Assembly: GCA_951406725.2 (NCBI GenBank)
Contig: OX597816.1
Location: forward strand, 132,680,001 to 132,744,000
DNA length: 64,000 nucleotides
Reading direction: 5' to 3'
Origin: Octopus vulgaris
Taxonomy: Eukaryota
Shown piece after piece: positions 37,314-50,728 of this stretch. The position numbers and the translations under genes are program-made. The notes under the pieces are model-generated. The model ran no database searches, was not told the DNA's origin, and saw only the letters and a list, made by a program, of their open reading frames with translations. Positions within the stretch are counted from its first letter, which is position 1, and every line of letters starts with the position of its first letter.

Positions 37314-39431
37314 CACACATATCTGTGTCTATGTATGTATTGATATATGTAACCTATGTAGTAGTATCTACTACATACACATAAACAGGGCAAGTTTAAC
37401 TATTTCTCTGTAGATTGAAAAAAAGTGATGGAAAGCCTTAATTGATTTTCAAACCTTATTAGGTTCTCATCTGAGATGTCTACATCACTTGTTCAATCCC
37501 AGAGAAGCAAGAAGCAAATCTATTTATATACACAAATTCAGTAGTTTCAGGCAACTAGAACTCCTAATTTGCATACTGTAAGTGTTTAACACTTTATTTA
37601 ATATCAGGGGACCTGTCAATGGGGATCTCAGTCCACACAACATCAAGGCATGATATGTGTGTTACCTATGCTGTAGATATATAAACAGGGCAAACTTAAC
37701 TATTTCTCCATAGATTAAAATAATGACTAACAACCTTTTCGATCTATATGCCTAAGTAAGTAGAATGTGCTTTGCTGAGGAAGTCTACTAAGATCATAAC
37801 ATCAATATTACATCCACCAATTAGTTTTGGCCCTTTGTTTTTTGAAATACACTGGTATTTCAATTGATTGTGAAAATAATAAAGAATTTAGTTAAATACC
37901 TCTATCCTTATTTGAAACATAAATTGATATGAAATTTTGAATGATGATTTAAATTTAGATTGCTTTAAAACAGGTATTTTTCCTATTATAGAACCTGGGT
38001 CGTTATTGGGCAGGTTGGTATGAAAAGGGCTTATCACTTAATTCACTCCATTCTCTATTGCTTATAGTCTCTCAACATTTCAGTCAGTTGATCTTTATGG
38101 TAGTCATTCCCCTTGCACAGAAGAATATCAATAGCAGATAAAAGGTGTCCAGGTGTAGCAGTGGAACTGCTAAGTCTATTTTGAGCGTCATCAGTAATGA
38201 GCATCCACAAGCAACCATATGCTTAGACAAAATTAACCTCTACTGGTATAGAAAAACAGTGATTAACAAATCACTTGTGTTGCAAATAACCAGCATTTCT
38301 ATATGAGATGCTTTCTCAAGATGACTACTGCAGTTGTGTGGCTTTCTGCATTATATCCAAGTTAAGATATATAGAATGTTATATTGTTTGTATGTACCCA
38401 TACCACTCCAAATTACTCAATGCATCAATCTGACCTCTGCCGGTTCTTGTTTTGACTATTCATTCTGTACACTATACAATCTTTGTCCTGCAGAATTTCA
38501 GCCTTTGTAACTTTTCTGCTTATGTTTATTTTCAAGTATCATCTGGTATAAGTTAAGAAGAAGACCTGCAAGTTCTGTGGGTACTATCCGTCTCTTGTAG
38601 AAATAGATAAATAACAAAAATGAGTCGCCTGAAAATTATTCTTCCAGAATATTTTTGTGTGAAATGCATTCCTTCAATTTATGTTTGTAGAAATAACACC
38701 ATAAAATGTGATATAATTTTGTGCGGTAACTTTTTGTTGTTAAAATTACATCACTTCATTGCTTCCTTTATGTCAACTCTCTGTATATATATTTGAAGTT
38801 GGGTGTTGCACCTATTTTTATGATTTATCTGTTTCGTATTCAGATACATAACTTAAAAATGGGTCATTAAGCACGTTTGATTGGACAGCTTATACTTGAT
38901 TAAAAAAAAAAAAATGATAAAAATTTAGTCCTGCTCCTGTTTCTCATTTTAGACTGAATATTTTCCTGTGAACCTTTCTTTCATTCTCACATACACTGAC
39001 TTGTGTTGTTTTGATTTTGGATAATGATTTTAACTGCTGTTCAGATCTATGAGGGAAAACATCTAAATGCAGTTTAAAGTCTGTTCTTTCACCGATCTGT
39101 TTATTGTTATTTATTATGCTATATGATTTATGCATAGAAATTAGAGAAAAAGGTATTTTGTTTCTCTATCATTAGCTGTGTAATTTTATTTCTGAGTGAA
39201 GATGATACCAAATAAAGCTCGGTTGATTAATGGGGACAGGCATCATTGGAAGATTCATGGAAAGCTGAAAACTTCATAGGTTCACACATTGACATGCACA
39301 TACGTACATACATACATACACCCATGGGTAAATATTTGTGTATTTTACAAATGAAAGGGCACTCAATATAGAGTGTAGAGTTAATAATTTTTAGGTCTAC
39401 TCAATCAGGCAACATTGACATAATGCATGCA

Positions 39432-39465
<34 letters not shown>

Positions 39466-39591
39466 ATGAGAGTATCTATCATGGTATCTACTGCAGTATA
39501 GTTTGTTCAAGTGGAGATAAATATTTCCTCTCTGTGTTAATGCTGCCTCTGTCGTTAATATATATTTTTTGTACGTTAATATATATTTTTC

Positions 39592-39818
39592 GGCGGCAAG
39601 CTGGCAGAAACGTTAGCACGCCGGGCGAAATGCGTAGCAGTATTTCGTCTGCCGTTACGTTCTAAGTTCAAATTCCACCGAGATTGACTTTGCCTTTCAT
39701 CCTTTCGGGGTCGATAAATTAAGTACCAGTTATGCACTGGGGTCGATGTAATCGACTTAATCCGTTTGTCAGTCCTTGTTTGTCCCCTCTGTGTGTAGCC
39801 CCTTGTGGGTAGTAAAGA
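39592..39818 (+). mobile_element. Near full-length tRNA-derived SINE (Meta-domain-like family). Other copies near 3131-3405, 8085-8270(-), 9460-9638(-), 15378-15585, 23785-23900, 24398-24790, 35081-35280, 48290-48610(-)
   Basis: GGCGGCAAGCTGGCAGAA head, B-box-like GTTCAAATTCC, core TTTGCCTTTCATCCTTTCGGGGTCGATAAATTAAGTACC; flanking direct repeat AATATATATTTTT. Confidence 0.85.
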
Positions 39819-40459
39819 AATATATATTTTTTGTACGTGTATCTTGGTTTTAGAAAAGGTATGCCATCACAGCTTGCAAGAAAGACTACAATCCCCAGGA
39901 AAGGTGGTTAGGAGATGCTGAGAGATTAGGGGTTAATGTATGAGAGTAAGGGCTGGAATAGAACAAGTTTTTTTTTTTTTGTAGAGAAGCAGCATGGTTA
40001 TTTGCATTTTAAAAGAGAAAGAGGTGGTGACCAGGTTGGAGCTGGGAAGAGATAAAAATTGTGACAATGAGGTGTCTGGGTGGACTCTCAGGCCAACCGA
40101 AGCCTATGTCAGGTGAATTTGGTAGACACAAACTGAAAGAAGCTTGTAAGTGGATATATATATATATATATGGGAGAGTGAGAGATGGTTAAAGACAGGG
40201 AATAAGTGGGCAGGTTAATATAATGAATTAGGGGTGATGTATTGAATAATGAATAAAGGTTCCAGGTTCAGTCCCGCTGTGTGACAGGCACCTTGGGCAA
40301 GTGTCTTCTACTATTGCCTCAGGCCAACCGAAGCCTTGTCAGTGAATTTGGTAGACACAAACTGAAAGAAGCTTGTATATATATATATATATATATATAT
40401 ACGCGAGAAAGAAGCAACAAGAATGTCTTTGTGTCTGTTTATCTCCCCATCACTGTTTG

Positions 40460-40555
40460 ACAAAGACAGGCTTTATTAAAAGTTGCAAAAATTGCAGCAT
40501 ATAAACGTGTTTATATGCTGCAATTTTTGCAACTTTTAATAAAGCCTGTCTTTGT
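40460..40555. repeat. Perfect ~47-bp-arm palindrome with a 2-nt loop
   Basis: ACAAAGACAGGC...GCATATAAAC-GT-GTTTATATGC...GCCTGTCTTTGT. Confidence 0.92.
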
Positions 40556-42198
40556 ATGAAACGATTGTACTAAAAACTTATCCATTCTTGTTGCTTCTTT
40601 CTCGCTATAATCACCCCACATTACTGTATGGTTAAAACCGTATAGTTTTTGGTGCATCTAAGTTAGGTACCATATTCAAGTAAATTCATTAAAATTGACT
40701 TGAATCTTTATTGCTTTTTGAATATATATATATATATGTGTGTGTGTGTATGTCTTTGTGTCTGTTTATCTCCCCATCACTGTTTGACAACCAGTGTTGG
40801 TGTGTTTACATCCCTGTAACTTAGCAGTTTGGCAAAAGAGACTGATAGAATAAGTACTAGGCTTACAAAGAACAAGTCCTGGGGTTGATTTCTTCAACTA
40901 AAAAAGCCTTTAAGATGGTGTTCCAGCATATGGCTGCAGTCAAATGACTGAAACAAGTAAAAGAAAAGAATATATATATATTACTCTTTACTCTTTACTC
41001 TTTTACTTGTTTCAGTCATTTGACTGCGGCCATGCTAGAGAACCGCCTTTAGTCGAGGAAATCGACCCCGGGACTTATTCTTTGTAAGCCCAGTACTTAT
41101 TCTATCGGTCTCTTTGCCGAACCGCTAAGTGTGTGTGTTTATGTGTGTACAGAATGTAAATAAGTAACAAAGATGTACAGCTGTCAGTTCACCTAACTTG
41201 GAATCTGCACTTCAGAAATACTATATATAAAGTACCTTTATATAAAAAAAGTAGATGTCTGAATTACCAAGAGTGGATATCTTCACTTAGCTGGGTTGAG
41301 TTGTCTGCACACACAACAGGGATATTAGGTATAAACACCCCAACACGGAGTCTTGATAGTCAATATTCAAATAAGTACTAGGCTTACAAAGAACAAGTCC
41401 TGGGGTTGATTTCTTAATTATATTTACATATGTATGTATATTCACAGACACACACACATATATGAAGGGCTTCCATGCAGTTTCCTTCTACCTGATTTGC
41501 TCACAAGGCATTAGTCTAGAGCTATAGTAAAAGGCACTTGCCCAAGGTGCCATTTAGGGGGACTATACCTGAAATGATAGGCTTTGTAAGCATGCAACCA
41601 TGTCTGGGTCTGTTGTTTCATTGTATTTGGAAATGTGAATTTTTTAAGTCCAAAACTATCACTAAGCAACTTATATATCTCTTTAGTTTTGATAAGGTCA
41701 CATAGTTTTCAACTACTTTGTTAGCTTTAGTGATTGTTGATTACTTTTATAACTTTTGTGACTGTCATAGAAAATGACTCCAAAGATGCCTGGGGTAGCT
41801 AGGTATGCAGTTTTGTTATTTTGCTCTGTGTTCACCCTTATTGATCCTACCTATAATCAAAAATATTGCAGCAATGGCCTTCTCATTTTTTTTTTCTAAT
41901 TGTAAGTACTATGTATCTAGGACTACATTGTCTAAGATAACCTTCTTTAATTTTTAAATGAATAGTGTAGGATTTCAAGGTTGTTATTTCTAGTAGAAAG
42001 AACAACTGTTTTTTTTTTTTTGTCTGTGATTGTTGTTACTCAGCTACAGGTTAGTCCTGATTGAATGAACCTATGACAAAGGTATTCCAGCTGTAACCAT
42101 CTCATTATTTTCTCAAGTGTATCTAGGGCTACTTTGTTCAGTATGTTTTCCAATGGTTGTATAGATACATACATACATACATACAAATATATAATATA

Positions 42199-43857
42199 CT
42201 AACAATGCATCCTGGCGTTGCCCAGGTATTATGATCTACAGCCACATTGTATTATTTCTTCCATTCATGTGGGCAGAATCGGCACAGCTGATATATAGTG
42301 AACTGGATTACTAGTGTAATTGAAATTATTGTTTATTTAAAAGTGAAGGGGAGGAGGGTACAGTTTGCATGGGTTTGCATGAAAGTGTTTTCTGTTCTTA
42401 AGAAGGATCACAAATTATGTATTGATTCATTTTATAAAAGGAGGTTAATACGATTTTGCCCAGAAATCACGTTTTTAAAATTTTCATTTCTGTTCATCCC
42501 TACTGCAGTTTCTTAATTTGTAACTTTTTGAATTTTTTTTTTATCCTTGTAGAAATTTAGAGATTATGAATCTGGGAAATATGTATTTTTTTTTATGTTT
42601 AAATTTTCTTTTAAGTTTAATTTTTCTTAAAGAAACACTCAATGCCCCTTCCCCCACCTTGCCCACCCATCGCCTACTCACTTTCAAGAAGCTAAAATCT
42701 CCCATTGTTTCACTTTCATCTGGTGTTTCATGCATACATAGAATTGTACTGAAATAGCAGACATAAAAAATACTAGACCACCACCAGAAAACCCCACCAT
42801 GATAGAAACAACAGGTAAACAACATTATTTCTGAAGAAACTTCCCCGCTTTCTAAAAAGCTAAAAGTGAAACATTGAAAGTTTGTAGCTTTTTGAAAGAG
42901 GTGAGGTGATGGGTGGATATTTGGGAAGGAGATTTTAGTGTTTCTTTAAGAAAAAAGGAAGAAGAAAATTCTTAAAGATTCATAATCTCTAGGTTTTTTT
43001 CTTCATGGATTACCAAGAAGAAAATTTTGAAAAGAGTAAAAAAATTAAGAAATTGGGGTGGGGTGGAAGAAAATGAAAATATTGAGAATGTGTTTTTTGG
43101 GCAAAATCCTAATCTCTTGTATCAATAACATATGAATTGGAAGAAATTTAACAAAAAAATAAGTGCGGTGGGTGTGGGGTGCAAATGTCACCTCAGGCAT
43201 GCTAGAAACAACAGGTAATGAACAAGATTTCTGGGAAAACTCCCTTTTAAGTTTATATCAAAGACCAGGTTTTTAAATACACTCATCACAAATACAATTT
43301 ACAGAATAGAAAAACGTCATTTCAATTGGATTTGAGCTGTAATTTTGCACGTGCACACAGCCAAAAATAACCTAATTTGTACATAAGTTTTACTTTGTGT
43401 GTGTGTGTGTGTGTACCAAAGGAAGTTGTTTTATGGCATTCTTTCATTTGAAGCAGCAAAGTTGTCAACTCAGTCATATGGTTGATCATATGGGATCATA
43501 GGATTGTTCATTAATTTTCTTAAAAATCTTTTTATTTCTTTATGCTTTGAAGAGAACTGAAATTGAAAGAGAGGAGAAAGTGAAAAGGCAATTTTTGCTT
43601 TGAAGTGAGAGCAGAAAGTGAAAGAGAGGAGAAAGTGAAAGATGTATGTACATGAAATGGATGTGTGTGTGTACACGAGAGACAGTGAGTGAAGGTGTGT
43701 GCTATCATATATGTATTTTTTTGCTTGTATGTGTAAGTGACACTCAGTCTCTCTTGTACACATTATCTTTCATATACATGTACATAAATACATATGTATA
43801 CATATTTTTTGTATGTGTGCACACACACATACAAACTCTCTTTTATATATAGAGAGA
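42199..43857 (-). mobile_element. Degenerate non-autonomous Helitron (~1.65 kb)
   Basis: Minus strand 5' A|TCTCTCTATATATAAAA at 43857; 3' hairpin (plus strand CCTGGCGTTGCCCAGG) and mutated CTAG at 42199. Confidence 0.55.
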
Positions 43858-44849
43858 TATAATGATTTGAAGGAGAGTTGACTGGTATTTTTAGCAGGAT
43901 GAACAACTGAGTAGTTTGTGATTGATGCTACACAGACCCAGGTCAGTCATGATCCAGCAGGCCTATGATTTAGGATTGTCCAGTCATGCCTAGCCCATCT
44001 TATTTTTTTAAAAGCCATATTGTATTTAATACTACTTTAACCACTGCATTCTTGAGATAGTAGAGTATTATTTATTTGAGGAAGATTTGGCTACAATTTC
44101 TATCAAGTCTACCACATTTTGTAACATTCAGTTAATTAAATCTAGTCTAAAATAAACAATGAAATTACTTTTCTTATTATTTCATTAAGCAGCTATCACC
44201 ATATTCCTGACTTCATTTTATTTTCTTAGGAAAGCCAAATATTGCAAAAAGTATGATTAATATATTTTTGAAATAAAGATTTCTATTTTACTTTGATGTA
44301 AAGTGACTATGAAGGCAAGAATTTTGCTGTAAAACTCCAGATGTTTTCATAGATATTTTCTTATTTGATAGTAAAGACAACATTGTGTAGTGTTTAGTGT
44401 CCTTATCAGATCACTTGTCTTTTTACCCACAACTTTATCATGTATACTTATGTATCAGATATTGATATAGCTCAGTTGAAATTGGTGAAGTGGTATAGGG
44501 GCCTCTTTCTGTTTTATCTAGGGAATGCTGTGATTCACATTTAAACTACCCCCCCCCCATCTCCATTTCTCATTATATGAATTTGTCTAACAGCTCTTAG
44601 CAGCAATAATAGCAACAGCAACAATGACAACAATAACAGTATATCTATAATACTGCAAATAACGAAGTATGTCTTCTTCACGGAATTGTTGTGCCTTGCA
44701 TTGATTTAAATAATAATGATACTGAATAGAGAGAGAGAGAGAGAATTAGGGAAGAAAGTGAATATATACATATATAAAATATATATATGCATAGATTGTG
44801 TGTGTGAGCATTAAAGAAGTGAAAGAGAATAATATATATATATATATAT

Positions 44850-44901
44850 ATAATATGTATGCATTTCTTTCTCTCTTATATACATACAATGTGTGCATGT
44901 A

Positions 44902-44944
<43 letters not shown>

Positions 44945-45292
44945 CTCTCTTTCACTCCCTCTCTAATGCTCTCACATACCTATACACAATCTAGACGCTC
45001 AAATGTATCTTATAGCTGTATGTCTACTCTCTCCTTGATTCTCTCTTTCTCTCCCTCTGATATACGCAAATAATGTGTGTAATGTGTTATGTGTGTGTGT
45101 GTGCATGTATATATATATGTACACACATACACACGCACACATACATAACACTACACACATTATTTGCATATATCAGAGGGAGAGAAAGAGAGAATCAAGG
45201 AGAGAGAGAGTAGACATACAGCTATATGATACATTTGAGCGTCTAGATTGTGTATAGGTATGTGAGAGCATTTGAGAGGGAGTGAAAGAGAG

Positions 45293-45324
<32 letters not shown>

Positions 45325-45405
45325 CATCATCATCGTTTAATGTCTGTTTATGCATACATGCACACATTATATGTGTATATAAGAGAGAAAGAGATGCATA
45401 CACAT
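44850..45405. repeat. ~550-bp near-perfect foldback palindrome centred on a TA repeat (~45113)
   Basis: 44938-45090 is the reverse complement of 45143-45299; arms extend further outward. Confidence 0.9.
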
Positions 45406-46149
45406 ATATAAAAGCTTCAGTCAAATTGACTTGAGTTGGCTGTGTGTGGATTTGAAGACAATGGAGAGCTTAATGGTTACTGTCTTCTGTCTTTGCTACA
45501 AAGTCTGGACGAGACACCATTTGGGAAATTTCACAAAATAATGTATACTATGGATAGAAACTGTAACAGACTTTAGTTCTCGTCATGACTAAATGTTTTC
45601 TATTCTGCATTAGAATTCACACCAAATGTATGTAGTTAAATATTTTGTAAGATGACAACAACATACAAATGAAAATGGTTTTAGAAAATATATAAGCTAA
45701 AATATTGAACTGGATTGTGATAGGACAGAACAGTCTAGATTTTATGGTTATTAATTAAGAAAGGCACATGGCTTTGCAGTTAGGATATTGCTGACTCGAT
45801 AGCAAGATCATGGTTTTAGTTCCCACAATAGTAGTGCGTCATGTTCTTGAGCAAAACACTTCATTTGATGTTGCTCTAGCCCACTCAGCTGTAAATTGGT
45901 AACCTTGTGATGGACTTGTGTTCTGTTCTGGGAGAATGTTAACTTGCTGGTCTAGCAGGGTCGCATTATTTGAAAGCTATGACAATGCTAGGAAATGCAT
46001 TGTGACCAACAGTATGTAGCAAGTCTGGTTGACAGAGTGATAATAATGAACTCAGAAAATAATGTTTCATAGGCTACGTAGCTATACTGGTGAATATCCA
46101 CTGGTAACTGTTTATAACCCAAAAAGTGAGGTGGTTGAAATGGGTAAAG

Positions 46150-46485
46150 GGTAAAGGCCACCTTTGGTCATGAATGACCATGGGATTGCACCTAGAAACT
46201 TACCCTCTGAGGCACAAGTCCAGGCAAGGTTGTTTATGGGAAGACCTGCAGTTGCCATGCATATCAGTCTCCTCTCTCCACATCACCAATATTATCCAAG
46301 GGAAAGGAAAAGGCTGATCCAGCTTGGCACCAGTGACATTGCAACTCATTTCTACAGATAAGTAAACTGGAATAACATGAAATAAAGTGTTTGTTCAAGA
46401 ACACAACACACAGTCTGGCCTGGGAATCAAACTCACTACTTCATGATTGTGAGCCTGACACTCTAATCACTTAGCCATGTGCCTT
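46150..46485 (-). mobile_element. Third tRNA-derived SINE family; a related copy on + at ~45763-46030
   Basis: tRNA-like head ATGGCTAAGTGATTAGAG..GAGTTTGATTCCC followed by TGTTCTTGA(G/A)CAA..CACTT core. Confidence 0.6.
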
Positions 46486-46592
46486 CACAGGCTGAAATGG
46501 TAGAGAGGTTGATTTCACCCTTTGACATTCAGATTAGTTTGTCAAATGTAAAGCTTATTGATTCACATTGTTTTGAATTAATCATACATTCA

Positions 46593-46868
46593 ATTCTATA
46601 TTTAAGAGATGAGGAATTATGTACAGTATTTATATTTGACAGATATTTGTCCTCATCTTGTTTGTTGTTAACACAACATTTCGGCTGATATACTCTCCAG
46701 CTTTCATCAGGTGTCTTGGGAAAATTTCGAACCTGGGTTCACATTCCTAAGGTATTTTTCAATGTTGTTATCATCATCATCCTCCTCCTCATCACTATTC
46801 AGGTCACTGCCTGGAATCGAACTTGGAATCTTGGGGTTAGTAGCCCGTGTTCTTAACAACCACACTAT
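46593..46868 (-). mobile_element. tRNA-headed SINE-like element carrying a hammerhead, nested in a piggyBac-like MITE
   Basis: Minus strand: tRNA-like head with B box AGTTCGATTCC (46823-46813) and A-box-like region ~46867-46853, (GAT/GAG)n linker, hammerhead, AT-rich tail. Confidence 0.65.
46670..46715 (-). ncRNA. Minimal type I hammerhead ribozyme (Penelope-type variant)
   Basis: Minus strand GACAC-CUGAUGA-A-AGCUG-GAGAGUAUAU-CAGCC-GAAA-UG-UU-GUGUU; stem I GACAC/GUGUU, stem II GCUG/CAGC, rudimentary stem III. Confidence 0.65.
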
Positions 46869-48180
46869 ATCTTGTAGCTTTGAGATTTCGATTTTGAGAT
46901 TTTTTACTTTTAGTATGACATTGTCATTGTAGGGTAGGTGCAAGAGACTGTATTTGGCCTGTTTGAACATAAAACAAAAAGAATATTTTGGCTGGATAGG
47001 GCTGGTTTAAATGCTAAAAGGCCATGCTTTATTTAACATATCTTTTTCATTTTTTAAACATATTTTAATATATTTAACATATCTTTTTCATTGTTTAAAT
47101 CTGAGCCAACAATGGAACCTCTATGCCTGTCAGGTGTAAACTGTGGCATGTGGGATTTTCTGACTGGCACACCTAGCTACATGAAAAACAATATTTATGA
47201 ATTAGAATTACGCTGAATCTTTTTACTAATGTGGCCTGCCTTATAATGAGTCATATCTCATGTGGTCTCCTTCTTGCAAAGAGGTTTCCTGTGCCTGCTT
47301 TATACAGTCACTTGACCTGCTACAAATAACAACCAAATCTCTCTCAAATCAAAACTTACTGACTTAAAAAAAGATGAGATGGGTATATTGAATAACTTAA
47401 TTGTAGATAAGCCAAAAATTAAAATAAGAAAAAGGCAATGGTTATGCTAAGGCTGCTGCTCAGTCAGAGCTGGTCAGGAGCTCAACAATAATTGGCTGGT
47501 CTTATCCTTTCACAGCTCAGATCCTGTTGACTCACTTGTCTCACTCTCTTGTCAGCCATATTGTGTCTCCACACACACAAAGGGCTTCTTTCAGTTTCTG
47601 TCTATCAGATTCATTCACAAGGATTTGGTTGTCTCAAGGCTGTTGTAGAAGACACTTGTTCAAGGTGTCATACTGTAGGATTGAACTTGCAACCATGTGG
47701 TTGGGAAGTAAACTTCTTACTATGCTGGCACCTAGTTAAAGAAGCACTAAAAATATTAACGCATTTCCTTATGAATTGGAAGTTGTCAGTCATGTATGAT
47801 AATTTTGTTTCCAATAAAGTGTATTGCACAAATAATATCAGTGTCTTTGTAAATTCAAATGTTACTGAACAACTTCCAAATATGGTAAAAAGAGAAACGA
47901 AGTGTTGCCTTGGCCTTCTGCCAGAAATGTTTAACAAGAAATGAAATATTTCAGTAGTTTCTCTTGCGAGTAATCACTCAGTCATATCAGACTAATTACT
48001 ATCATACTTACTGGCAAGTCGTCATTCAGTCACTTGTTGTTTGCTACTGCAATTATCTCATGCAGTAAAGTGTGCAACTAATCTTTTTATCAATGACACA
48101 CATTGAAAAGCCCCCACCAAACGTTCACAAGTAATTTAAAATAATAGTAATTTAAAATAATCAACACCATAACTAATGCT

Positions 48181-48290
48181 GCTACTACTACTACCACCGC
48201 CGCCACCACCACCACAACCACCACCACCACCACAACCACCACCACCATCACCACTACCACTACTACTACTACTACTAATAATAATAATGA
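48181..48290. repeat. (ACC)/(ACT)/(AAT) compound microsatellite
   Basis: Visible directly. Confidence 0.9.
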
Positions 48291-49233
48291 TCTCAAATTT
48301 TGGCACAAGGCCAGCAATTTCAAGGGAGGGGATGAATCAATTACATGAACCTTAGTGTTCAACTGGTACTTATTTTATCAATCCAGGAAGGATGAAAGGC
48401 AAAGTTGGCTTCAGTGGAATTTGAACTCTGAATGTAAAGATGAACGAAATGCCATTAAGCATTTTTCCTGGCATACTAACAATTAGCATAAGCACAAGGC
48501 CAGGAATTTTGGCGGGAAGGGCTTGTTGATTACATTGATCTCAGTGCTCAATTAGTACTTATTTTATCAACCTCTAAAAGTATGGAAGGCAAGGTTGACC
48601 TTCATGGTATATTACCACTTGCAATGATAATCATTTCTAGTACAGACACAAGGCTAGAAACTCAAAGGAAGGGCTTAGTTGGTTAAATCAATATCAGTAC
48701 TTAGTACTTCAACTTATCAACTCTGGAACAAAAATGGCCTCAGTGGGATGTAACAGAGCTTAGAACTTAAGGTGGTGCAATGAAATATGTCAAAGCGTGT
48801 TCTTCCAGTGTTTTCTAATAATGGAACAGTGCTGCACATTATTAAGGAGGGAAGAATAGTTGCTTAAATTGATTTGATATTTATTTTATCAACTTTAGAA
48901 GGTTGGAAAGCAAAACTGGTTTTTGTAGGATTGGAACTCAGAATGAAAAGAAACAGATGTAACCAAATGTTACAAGGTCTATTAGTTATTCTGCCATCCA
49001 TAATCTTAATGATGGTAATCATTATTATGAATAGCTGTTGTCACCTTCTTTCACCTCCATCTCGTTTAATTTCTTATGTTAATCTGGTAAGGACAGGGCT
49101 TTGTTATCCCATCTTGTGAGGTCATCTATCTCAACCCAATTTATCTTGCACACATTACACTAGACTTTCCTTGCCTTTGTGTTTCATGTCTCAGTCATTT
49201 ATATTATGTCCATACTACTACTAGTGTCTCTCT

Positions 49234-49279
<46 letters not shown>

Positions 49280-49857
49280 TACAGGGTGCAATGGATAAAT
49301 TGTTGCTACTTTATATTTTTAATTTCTCACATGTACATTCTTTGTTTTTGATTTTGTCGACTACACAGTATAGTAGGGTCAGTTGGACACCATCTGTGAG
49401 AAACCAGCACTATGACACAATTCACTCTGCCAGAAAACTACATGCTGTACTGCTTGGCATTTGCGCTGGAAGCTCCAATACAAACATTTCAGAGTGTTTG
49501 GGTGTCAGTCTGAGGACAGTGCAATCTGAAAACATGTACTGAGAGTGATAAAAATCAAACATCCAGTCAACATCATGGTGTTTGAAGTGATCACTGGTGA
49601 TGGCGACGTTATGCCTTCATTCATCTTCTCACATACCCTCTGACTCAACACAGTGGCCTACATCAAGTGCGTGGAAGAGGTAGTGCTGTCCTAAGTGAAG
49701 AGGGTGGCAGCTGGAAGACTCTATCTCTAACAACAGTACACTGCCCCATGCCACACAAGCAGGTGAATCCAGTTATGGCTGTCAGACAATATCTTTGACC
49801 ACATCACCCCTAACATCTGGCCACCTAAGTCTTCAGACTACAACCCCCTTGATTATT
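49280..49857 (+). mobile_element. maT/DD37D-like Tc1-mariner remnant
   Basis: TACAGGGTG terminus; KHPVNIMVF..GDVMP..QQYTAPCHTS..WPPKSSDYNPLDY with stops. Confidence 0.7.
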
Positions 49858-49859
49858 GG

Positions 49860-50650
49860 GCCGGCAGATTTTCAAGATATAGCCCCCCCACCCCCAACCC
49901 CAGATCATCACAGATCCTCCTCCATGTTTAATAGTTGGAAGAAGGCAGTCTGGATCAATGCTTCTTTTGGCTGTCTCCACATGTATACTCAGCCAGTGGT
50001 CGGAAATAGGATAAAGGATGACTTGTCCGAGAAAATAACATCCTTCCACTGCTCTAGGGACCAAATTCTGTAGGTTTTTACTCCACTCTAGATGTTTTGC
50101 AATGTTTGCTTTTGAAAGTAGAGGTTTTTTGATTGCAGCCTTCTCATGAAATCCGGCTTTATGCAGCTCCTGGCAAACTGTTTTTGTGGAAACTGGGTTC
50201 TTGAGGTGGTCATTAAGCTCTGCAGTAATTTTGGAAGCTGTACTTTTGTGATCCTTTCTAACAATTCACGTAAGAGCCTGACGGTCCCTATCTAAAAGTT
50301 ATGGTTTTCTTCTAGAATTATGTTTCGACGAGGAGGTTTTCCCTCTTTCTTAAAAGCTGTCATTACTTTTGAGACAGTACTTCCTGAAACACCAAACATT
50401 TCAGCTGTTTTCATTATGCTAGCACCTGCCATACAAATTGTTATTTGACCCCTTTGAAAGTCTGATAGATCTGTCATTTTAATGAATTTTAATTACCTTT
50501 TTCTGATGATATCTAAGAAGAAACAGCAATTTAAGCAAAAGATATTAAGCAACCTTAATAATAAATAAAACAACATAAAAATAAACTAGCTTTTGACAGT
50601 TTTATAGATATTTCAAAATTATGATGCTATGATGCTAGGTGTTTCCCTAT
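49860..50650 (-). mobile_element. Tc1 (DD34E-type) transposon remnant
   Basis: MTDLSDFQRGQI..GASIMKTAEMFGVS.STVSKV; PDCLLPTIKHGGGSVMIWG. Confidence 0.8.
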
Positions 50651-50728
50651 ATATATATATATTATTTATATTATCATTTGACTGAATACTATGCATCCAT
50701 TTCCAAGTAATATATATACACACATATA

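Noticed and set aside
46805-46868. Possible tRNA gene (also the other SINE heads)
   Set aside because: No complete cloverleaf or Pol III terminator; continuous with SINE bodies
50500-50535. CTGATGA...GAAAC hammerhead-like spacing
   Set aside because: No convincing stems or cleavage triplet; lies within a Tc1 remnant
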